A stretch of DNA of 63,892 nt, filler included, from Sluysia triapertura (lineage: Eukaryota), in assembly GCA_046118255.1 (NCBI GenBank). It is 5 parts of 5 records of this genome, joined end to end, with 100 filler letters (N's around TTAATTAATTAA, not from the genome) between each part and the next. Parts side by side here need not be neighbours in the genome. Positions count along the whole stretch, not along the records: positions 52,792 to 63,892 come from JBJNIA010188854.1; 4 more parts are not named here. The stretch is one strand, 5' to 3'. The translations under genes were made by a program, and so were the position numbers. Shown one piece after another: positions 53,436-63,892 of this stretch. Below the pieces are notes generated by a model, which did no database searches, was not told the origin of the DNA, and saw only the letters and a program-made list of their open reading frames with translations. Within the stretch, counting starts at the first letter, position 1; every line of letters begins with the position of its first letter.

Positions 53436-56400
53436 GTAAGTTAGATTGTATTATTTCATTATTACAAATTTTATTTATAAACTATCATATTATATTTATA
53501 TTTAATATTTCCAGGATTTTTGTCGTTACCGTGCATGCAAAATGAAAAGCAACATAATTTAATATGATAAATTCATTAATTTTAATTAATCTATTGTAAG
53601 GTGGTTCATTAAACATTATTTTAATGCACAAATAAGTGGTTTATTATTATTTGGATTTGTTAATTTAGTTACAATAAGATTGCAAGTGTAAATAATAATG
53701 TAAATAATTAAATGAATGAATGTATATTGTAATCTATTCAATTATATTTGTATGAATTATGCGTAAGAAAATCGTGATTATAACTAAATTGTTAATAAGG
53801 ATATATGAAAATTTATTTCGCGAATTACAAATTAACTATAGGTAGATGTAGTTTAATATTTGAAAAACACACAATAAAGAAAGTTGGTATTTAATTTTGA
53901 TCTCTAAGAACATACATTCTAACCTTTAAAAAGTCTATTGGAAGTATTTAAACGATTTGATAGTTAAGTCATTACATCTGATCTTGTTTGGATATTATTT
54001 AGTAAAGTTTATTTCATATTTCAGTTAACATTCAAACATTTTATTAATAAATTTGAAGCAAGTATAAAATATAATATAAATAAAATCCATTGTTATTTTT
54101 TATATTCTTTGAATGTAAATTTACGTGTGGATGGATCACCTTTTATTTGTCATAAATTTTGAAATTGTCAAAACTTCATTGAACTTAAAGTTTTGTTAAT
54201 TTTACAGAGGGAATGAAAGATTAGATATATAAATAATAAATTAGGAAATTTAATTAGCAGTTCCATCTTTAGTAAGAGAGATGCGTATTGACCTAAACCT
54301 TCAGGATAATTTTTTATTAAGTCATTAAAGAGATATGAGAAACAATTTTGCAACTGATATAACGAATTCATCAGCAAACCAAGTAAACAAAAACATAAAT
54401 AACATTTAAATTTTTAGAAAATAGTAACCATTAAAATATTTTTACAAAATAATAATAATAATAATTTTAATGTAACGTTTTTATTCAATTTATTTGTGTA
54501 TTCGACCTTTAAAATATTTATCGAACTTAAATTTGCATTTTATGTTGACATTTTTTATTTTACGAGAAGTTTGCATAAGCAATTGTTAATCATTTAGTAT
54601 GTGTAATGATTTCAAAGTATTTTTAACTTTATAAAAGTACGTCATGTTATTGCGCACCTGTGCACCACATAACTTTATACTTTTTACACATAATACAATC
54701 ACATTTTACTTGCTTTTGTTCAACTGAAGTTTCTTGTAAATAATTTTAAGACATTTACTTTTCCAAATATAGCCATTGCACAACGAAAACTACTTTCACT
54801 TATCGGATTTCTATTGAGAATGATGCAATGAATATCAATAAAGAATGGTACTGCAATACATTAATAAGCAACATGATGCGATAAAGTGCAATATTAATAG
54901 TAAATTAATTTATTTTATTTAAATTACAACTAAAATAGTTAAAATAATTAAATAAAAATAAGTGAAACATACTGAATCAGTCTGTCAGGACACTGATACT
55001 AGATTTTAACAAAATTCGCATCATCCACATTAGATAAATCAATATATCAATGGTTCCATTTATATTTAGAGTTACATACAGAAATTACAGTACTATTAAC
55101 ACGATTAGTTTATGCTATTTGCTTATCAAGTTGTACACTTACTGTGTCTTGCATTTATTGAAATAAATTACAAGTTTTTTTTAAATTCAAAATGTACATA
55201 TAATAAGCATTTTTTTATTCAGTATTTTAAAGATCGAGGAAATTATATCAATTTAAACAATCCAATTATTATTATAACCATTAATGTAGAATTATCAAAT
55301 TATGAAATCATTAATTATTTAAAATAATTTTCGTAAACTAAAATTCAAAAGAAAGAACTAACAATTTTTAGTATTATTGACCCCTTCAGTGAAAGGTCTC
55401 AAGGATCCTTCTTTATTTCCCCTATTCGTAGCAGGCTTAATGATATCCAGGCCGTCACTCTTTGTAATTTAATGTATTACTTTTTTTCAACTTCTAAATA
55501 CGTCTTGGCAATTTTAGCTGTCTCATATTCTTGACGTTCTTTGACTTGCAAATTAATTTCTAACATTGTTTTCATTTGATAAAAATAGGAGAATTAAAAT
55601 AAATATAAAGATATCAAAATATAAGGATAAAATATGATAACACAATAACATGATGACAATAACAATTATGATATTTTATAAAAGTTAAAGTCTAATAGCG
55701 TTGATAAACGGAAACAATAATGTAAAATTATTCAAAACAATACAAATCCATCATTCCAGATGTTCGAGTTTAGTAATGAATGTGTGAGGATTTATGTGGT
55801 GTTAGGTGATTGTATGTGTTTAAAATGAAGTTTTGTGCACCTATGTAATGGTATAATCTCAAATGCAAATAAATATGAGATGTACAATTGTTCTTGTCAT
55901 AAAATCTAAATGCCATTAAAATTAAAATGAAATTTGGGATAAAGGAGATGCAGGATAGAAATTCCAAAGTACAAAAATTTGAGGAAAACATAAAGAAATT
56001 AATACAAAACATGGTAAAAATATAAATAATAAACCAAGAATATCAAATAGATCTGCAAATAATTGACAAAATACACTTTAGAATACTTGTTATTGTTAAA
56101 CAGTAAATCTTTATATACCACTTTGCCTTATTATAACCTTATTACATTATAGACATATTTGTATAGAAATTGAATTGAAAACTTGAACACAAAGAGTACT
56201 TAGCTGTCATGAATCTAAGTACTGCAGCGATCCAAGGTTGCTTATGATAAAAATAGGAATTACCAAATAACTTATGATAATGAGTCATGTTAATAAATCC
56301 ATTAATGCAAAAACAAAGAAAAGACAAAATTAAAATTTTAAATTAACCTATTAAGTAATATTAAACTTACTAATATTAATTGCTGTAGTTATTGGCTTTA

Positions 56401-58258
56401 CCGCTTACGGATTATATTGATTAAAGTGAATATGCGTAGATTTTATGAATTTAATATTGTTAAAATGGTTCATTGTTATATATGTATGTTTAATTGCAAC
56501 ATTTAGAATCAGTTTAATTATCTTATCGCATTAAATTCTGCTTTTTAATAACATTTGATTTTATAAGTATTTTATAAAATTGATAAAATTATATTATACT
56601 GGTTGAAATCATCCTCTCATTATATGTATAATTTATATAGAACTAAGTAAGTCCTTAGACCCTTAAAATAGGGCATTCATTCATCATAATATTTTTGACA
56701 GAGAAATTTGTCTTTCAGAATCTTCTAGTGATTTGACACTAATATCTGATTCTCGATTTTTCATACATAAACACAACATAACTTATAATTTATTGTCATT
56801 GTTATTTCTTATAAATAGTTATCTCTTAAATTCACATTCATTTCTGTTTACACATTTTCATTATTTCCAAGAGATTCAGGACTTTTATAAAATAATCATT
56901 TATAAATTACTATCACTATTTTGAATTCAACACTTGATTTTATTGATAATCAGACGTAATTTTTAATATAACTTTCAATGTAAAATCTCCTCTTAATTGA
57001 AAAGTTCTTTCAGATTGATACAATACTAATTTTAACGTTTGATTAGATCATTATTAAAACCTATATTATCAATGAATAAACAATTAATTTTGTCACACAT
57101 TTATTAGTAACTTTTCTAATATTTTGTATACTCCTTGTCAGTGCTTAGTATATTATCTAGTATATTATAGACATTTTGTTTAAATTTTAACGAATTTTAT
57201 CATTAATATATACATATTTATCTTTTCCATATACAATATATATTCTCTAAGTTTGGCCACAAATTTTTAGATTTTGTATTACATAAATTTAAAATTTGAC
57301 AGAAACAACTTCAAAATTGTTTATATAATATTAAGGGGACCGTAAATGCAAATTTTTAATTGATTTAAATAAACTAAAAAAATTTTTGAGCTTTTCTTCG
57401 ATGGGAGGAATGTAAGAATCATTAACGTTTGTAAATTGAAAATAAAAACAATTTTAAATAAATACAAAAACATCTCAATAATCTTAAAATAAAATTATAA
57501 ATAAATAATTCAAACTGAACATCTTAAATGTCATAAGATCAAAACTAAATAATAGCAAATAAAATCTGAACTTGTCACGCTTAATTAGAAAGTCGAAATA
57601 ATACGAATTTGAGTCAGAAGGACGAGAAAACTGATTTTATTAAAATGAAAATGAAGAAATGAATACTAACAAACACAAAAACTGATAAATTCGTGAATTG
57701 TATTTGATTTATAATTACGTGTTTATATCTTGAATCTATTAGCATATAATTACGAATGGTGGTACTTCATTTTTTTTAATTATGATAATCTCACATCTTT
57801 TTTAAAGATTGTAATTCATTATTTTTAATATGAAAACCATTTTGTTCTCGCCGGATTACAAGACATTTCATAACTCGAGAATAGAAGTCTTTTGGTTCTT
57901 CGAAATATTTCTTACAATATGTCTTAATGTAAAAATTTCACATATCTGCCCTCAAAACAACCAAAAATTACTCGCTGTGTTTTAATTCAGTTTTAATCTT
58001 TGACCAGTTTGTCATGTTTTTGAAGTATGTATTTGAGCACTTTTACTTTTCTTTTAGCTTATGGACGGATCCAACTATAATATTTAATTCTATTGATAAA
58101 TCTCAACGATAAGTTTGTATGATTTTCTTCGTCTATATCCCACTTTCAATTGTCTGCCAGCCTTATCAAAATTTTCCACTTAAAAAACTTTATTCATCAT
58201 TTAGCATTCATTTTTTCGCACATATTACACAATTTATTTAATTTTATTGTTTTTATAG

Positions 58259-58408
58259 CGTAATTTCCAAGATCGAACAAAACAGATCAAATAAAGAGTT
58301 GACAAAAGAAAATTTAAATTTCGGTTCCTGTGAAAGTGATCGAAAATTAGCGCATTCTGCTCAAATGTATAATTATCAATTACAAAAATCAAAAATACTC
58401 GAAGAAGA
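58259..58408 (+). CDS. NPDC1: NPDC1/CAB-1-like cytoplasmic-domain exon
   Basis: TTTTATAG acceptor and GTAAGT donor. SDRKLAHSAQMYNYQLQKSKIL resembles NPDC1 GDQRLAQSAEMYHYQHQRQQML. Absent from the ORF track. Confidence 0.85.
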
Positions 58409-59571
58409 GTAAGTGTTTTATTTTATTTTTGTAATTTCCGCATATTATTATTATTAAATTTGGTAAAGTTTTCGAAATTTCGCATAATTTTTAGGAGGAT
58501 TTTATTTATGTAAGAAAATTAATAATTCTTTTTTTTCATTTTAATACGATTTTGTAATTATAACAAACTATCTAAACTAAAACAATATGCATTTCGTGAT
58601 GTTTAGTCGAATAATGGGTCGAATTTGTCTGTTGAGAATTGTTGAGACTATCTACGTATTTCTAATAATCACTTCATAGAAAATCACTGTTTTTTGAAAC
58701 TGCTTTTAAGCAACACATAACTAAAATATTGAAAGGTTTAAGTTCAAAGATCAATAACAATAGATAAGTTCAATTTAATATAATAAATATTAATAAGGCT
58801 AGTATTGTCTTCTAACTTAACTTAGTAAAATAATATTTTTATGATTTCGTATATATTAAGCGACATGTACGTATAGTAGGCAATCCTGTATGATTTTATA
58901 AATTAACAGTTAGAGGGTCTAAATCACTAAATTCGAAGTATACACAATTATGATGTGCATGTGAATTCATATTATATACTCAGTGCGTGCTTATACCTTA
59001 AATTATCTCTTTAGTACAATGAATTTTATTCTTTTGTTATAAGTAAAAATAATGCAATAATTTTAGATTAAATTACGGATGATTTTTTTCAATTAACAAT
59101 TGTTTACTCTTAAAATAAATTTTAAAAAACGATGAAATAACAATAATAATACTCAAATATTTAGATAAAGAATAATATAAACTTTATACATTAAATTTTT
59201 TTCATTTAATATTTTTTACAATAAATTTTAATGATCCAGTTAATTATAATATCTTAAATTACCGAAACGAATTTAAGTATATTTTAATCTTCCGTTAAGT
59301 AAGAGTGTCTCAAAGAATTTAATCTAACAAAATGTAAAGTAGATAAATTTTTCAGATTGAAAGAAAAGTAATGTTTTCGACAGTAACGTCAATTTAAATA
59401 GTCGTTGATGAATTGATTAATTTTATAATCTCGATTTCTTTAAACTATTTAAATAATTTCTATATTATGACCATGATTACAAAACAATCATAGTTGTAAA
59501 AATAATGACAATATCACTTGCGATTTCTTTTTATACTATTAAGTACTGCGCAGTTTACTTGAGCACTTAAT

Positions 59572-59998
59572 TAAGGTGACCAGATGTCTCGCTTTTGGCG
59601 GGACAGTCCCGATTTTTCACAATTTGTCCCGCGTCCCGTGACGTTTTTCACAAGTCCCGACTTTTAGAATTAAGTTAAATTTTATATTTTTGAAAATCAT
59701 TGTTTTGCTTTCTAAGAATCCTACGGGCTGCGACGACTAACATATTGCTTTTGCTACCCAGTTACATTGTATTTGTCTCTCAGGTGATACACTTCGTGTT
59801 CGTACTGCGTGCTATCATGCTAATTAAACAAATAAATATTACAAATTTGCTACTTACCATAGAAAATTAAGGTAAGTCTTATGTTAAAAATAAAAAAAAA
59901 TTACGATATTACTTTTATTCTGTATGAAAAAATTTGTTGATACTTCTCCCTCCTTCACAGTTGTCCCGCTTTGCCCATCTAAAAATCTGGTCACCTTA
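59572..59998. mobile_element. hAT (Blackjack-type) non-autonomous element
   Basis: Perfect 14-bp TIR TAAGGTGACCAGAT / ATCTGGTCACCTTA with repeated subterminal GTCCCG motifs; no clear 8-bp target duplication. Confidence 0.85.
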
Positions 59999-60671
59999 TA
60001 TTAGATACAAAGCACAAAAAATGATTTACCATTATCTATTATTTTCCTTTACTCTACTCAATCTACTTTTACTTAAATTAATTCTTACATTAAAATAACA
60101 ATCATTATTATTGTTAATATAAATAAAAATAATGAATTTAATTTTAGTTTTCAGAATTTAATTGATTTTTGGTTTTTCACACCAAATTTTCTAAGGGAAA
60201 ATATTTAAGCTTCTTTTTCTGTTTACAAACTACTTTAGAGACATTTCAAACTCACTTCTAAATTCTCCTCTTTCATGTCAATCATCTCATATTCAATTCA
60301 TTACATTTTCATCACTCTAAGTATTAAAAATTCGAATTTTCACAATTAAGAATTAATTAAATTTTGATGAATGGAATACGAAGTGATTGCTATGAAAGAG
60401 GAGAATCTATAAGTGAGTTCGAAATGTTTGTAAAATGGTTCGTTTGAGAATAATAAAACATTTTTTATTAGAAAATTGTGTGTGAAAAACTGAAAATCAA
60501 TTAAATTCAATTAAATTAAAAAGTGAAATTAAATTCATTATTTTTATGTATATTAACAATAATAATGATTGTTATTTTAATGTAAGAATTAATTTAAGTA
60601 AAAGTAGATTGAATAGAGTAAAGGAAAATAATAGATAATCGTAAATCAATTTTTGTGTTTTGTATCTAATA
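59999..60671. mobile_element. ~670-bp foldback element with ~310-bp inverted arms
   Basis: TATTAGATACAAA...TTTGTATCTAATA; the outer ~140 bp are near-perfectly complementary and the inner arms more diverged. Confidence 0.85.
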
Positions 60672-63027
60672 AAGTTTGACAGTCTGTACCGTGTAAGTGT
60701 CATTGCTATTTTGTCGGATTAATTCTCAAAGAATGTCGCAGTGATTTGTTTGAGAAAATGTTTAATCACAAAACTGGAAATTATTGGTTGATGAGAAATT
60801 ATAAAATGAAAAACTTAAAAACTTTATCACACAACGCAACAATAATTACAACGACAATACAATAATAATAACAATTAGTAATGCAAATGAGAAGATCCAT
60901 GCTTTAAGTAATTTTTAAATTTATTTTATAATTAAAAATAATATTTTTTGGAGGATTTTATTAAAATAGTTTTGTTCTTGTGTTGTGTTGAAGAATTTAT
61001 ATTTGATAATCGTGAATAATAGTTAACATTTTTCTTATTGTTGCGTCACCTCTGGTTTCTTTTTGATAGATTGTTATATCTTTGAGACTATTATAAACGT
61101 GATTGTTAATCTCGTCATTTTAATCATTTTTAGTACTGCTTAATAGAGATTTATAATAATACTAATTTGCAATTGATTTTTATTTTATCAGTAAATTGTT
61201 GCGTTGTTGTTATTGATTTGATTTTCAAAAGCTTAATTTTGGGGTGAATAATTATTGATATTAAAGAAGAGAATTATTGAAAATGTATAAATTTGATCTA
61301 ATGAATACTTAAATAATTGAGATTCTTTGTAAGCTAATTAAATTGATATTTATTTTAAATATTGTAATAATTTTCAAAGACGCAACATATTGATTAGATT
61401 TATAATCAATTTAAGCTAATATATTATTGTATCAATAAGTATTGCTGTAACCTTTTATAAGGTAGCTAAAGATTTCCTTGAAATTATCATGAAATTATCA
61501 TGTAAAATTATAAAGGTATTCTCTGCAATCTTCTGTAATTAAAAAGATAATTAATTAAAATTTAATTAAAATCAAGCAATATTAATTATAAATAAACCAA
61601 TGGTTAAAATAACTTTAAGGAAGGACCTAAAAACAATTAAACAAATTATAAAATAAATAAAGTTAAAAAATTGGACAGGAAATGAATTAAGTTAATTAAA
61701 ACACATTAAATTGAATTTATTATTTATTTTAATGAAAAACTGATGTTAAGAACACAAGAGAAAAACTATACTAATTAGGTCAGTTCGTTTAAATCAGTTG
61801 ATTGAATACTTCGGACGCAGAAGACAAGTTATTATTACAGGAATCACTCTTCAGATTGATATATTTTATTATACAAGAATTCGTACTTTTTAATTGTTAA
61901 AATTTTCTCTATTTTAGGGTATAGACAATTTTATGCTTAAAATCAATAAACTAATCGAATAGTTTTTCACTAGCCATAATCACATATTACCATCTTGTTA
62001 AATAAGCAATAATAATATTTTATTGTTACAATTTTTGATTTATTATTATTATTTAGTTTATCAAAAGTTTTCATATATCATTTTTTAACGTATTTGATTA
62101 ATAAAATTTAGTTTTTCAAGTGTGTTTTTGATAAATATATACTGAATTTAGCAATAAAAGACCTTTTAAATTAAAGTCTTCTTAATGTGCTTATACGCAC
62201 GTCTTCGTCCAGATATAAATTATGTAATATAAGTGGATATTTTGCTATCAAGTTAAAGTTAGTAATATCATATGTTAAATTTTAATTTTATTATTTTGAA
62301 AAAAAAATTGTTTGTCTGTCACAAAAATCATTACCTTTGAATAATTGATAGATGCTAATAAGACTGAAATTCGACGGAAATTAATGTTAAAATTTGATTA
62401 ATAAATTTGGTTGGTATAAAACCATCTCTAAGAAATAAGTTTAAATGTATTATGTTTATATATTTCATATAATGCATATAACTAGTGCATTAGCCCTAGT
62501 TAGTGAGAATATCATTTTTCATTTTTCTCACATTATTATTACTATTTTTTCATTATCTCAATTGAAACAATAACTAAAAATTATTAAAAGTGAACGATCT
62601 TAAAGCAACTATTTTATGTTTAACATAATAGTGAATTAACAGTTATTCTCAACATAATAATAAAATGTTGACCTTTGAATTTTCAACTTCTAATCTGTGG
62701 CAAGTTTTAATTAATGTATAAAGTTTTTTAAATTACTTAAACAATTTTGAAATTAAGGTCAGAATTTTCTTAGCTTAATTTGTAATTAAAAAGATGGCAC
62801 ATTATGATGAATATTAAATTAATTATATTAAATGCTTTACTCATTATTGTGTTTTTCACCATGAAAAATTAAGTGGGTTAAAGCTTGAATAAATTAAAAC
62901 AAAAAATTAAAAATTCTATTTTGAGTATATTCTATATTTTAGTCTAGTTATTTTTCTAGGTTCTAATAATGCAGTAACTAATTAAATAATTAATAAGCGT
63001 TAATTCAAATTAATTTATTATAATTTG

Positions 63028-63170
63028 CTATCCATTTTTTAATTTCATAAATCTAGCCATCAGAATGTCAAAGTCATCTTTTGGTTGGTCATCTATATTC
63101 GAATTTCTTCTATTGATAAAATCAGTGGGTTCAATCATATTTGGATTCACTGGATTTTGATCAACTACAT
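63028..63170 (-). CDS. IST1: Terminal exon of an IST1-like ESCRT-III protein (C-terminal MIT-interacting motif)
   Basis: TTTCAG acceptor at 63171 (minus). Ends KDDFDILMARFMKLKNG*, resembling IST1 DIDFDDLSRRFEELKKKT*. Confidence 0.65.
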
Positions 63171-63892
63171 CTGAAATGTCAATATAATTAAAATACAAAT
63201 AAATAGAACTAAAATACCTTAGCATTATCAGTGGCTTCAAAAGGAACAGCTTAAAAGTTCTGAAATCAAGAATGAAGTACAATGAAGTACAATTCAAGAA
63301 ATAAAAAGAAAACAAAATATTCGTCACACTTAATTATCAAGTAGAGGTGGTTAGATATTAGACAGACTGAAAAAGTGAATACTACTAAATGCATATGCAC
63401 TAAATGAATGAGCACGAAAACATAAATTATAATTCGGCAAAACTAATATTACACAAAAAATTATTTAATACAAATTAAATAATATGAAAATAACATCAGA
63501 AAAAATTCGCCATAGAATATAACTACAAGAAATTAGCTGTATAATAATTATTTTAGAATGCAATAGAAGAATTTACTGCCCATAATATCAATGAAAAATA
63601 ATGTGGTTTATTATAGTTTGTAATCTTGATTTGAAAATTAACTTTATAAAGAAATTTAGTTTATTCTTCGTACAAAAACTTATTAATTTCATTAAATTCT
63701 TATTTTTTAAACTTATATGGTATCAAAAACCTTGAAAGTCATAAATAATAATAAAGAAGTTAAAATTACATGAAAATTTATTTATAACATTTTTAGAATT
63801 TAAGAGTTTAATCCCATAGATCCCGTTTATCAAATCCCATGTTTCGTCATCTAAATAGAAATCAATGACTATATTATCTTCAGTCTTAATAT

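Noticed and set aside
53516-53546. Alternative exon after the TM exon (CCAG acceptor at 53515)
   Set aside because: Hits a stop after ~10 codons in the compatible phase and has no convincing donor.

Overview
Very AT-rich eukaryotic (invertebrate animal-type) genomic DNA with spliceosomal introns. It is not one locus: five contigs/scaffolds are joined by artificial 100-nt linkers (44 N + TTAATTAATTAA + 44 N) at 10857, 23338, 35270 and 52692, and there is one 180-N gap at 9479-9658. Partial spliced genes recognised by translation: acetyl-CoA carboxylase central region (+, 3 exons), a secreted progranulin (+, 3 exons), the kinesin light chain 3' end (-, 2 exons), an NPDC1/CAB-1-like membrane protein (+, 2 exons) and an IST1-like last exon (-). 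The rest is intron or intergenic DNA with decayed Tc1/mariner, pogo, hAT, piggyBac and BEL/Pao relics, MITEs and foldbacks, an ~880-bp TG..CA repeat family next to (AAT)n tracts, pseudogene fragments (MIF4G, CAP-Gly) and a tRNA-Ala-like gene with a broken anticodon arm. The most unusual structure is a mirror-symmetric ~4.5-kb unit (30266-34750). Two convergent, unrecognisable, decayed ORFs are each preceded by the same pair of hairpins, and those stems show compensatory base changes between the two copies. All homology calls come from recognising motifs by eye; no database search was run.
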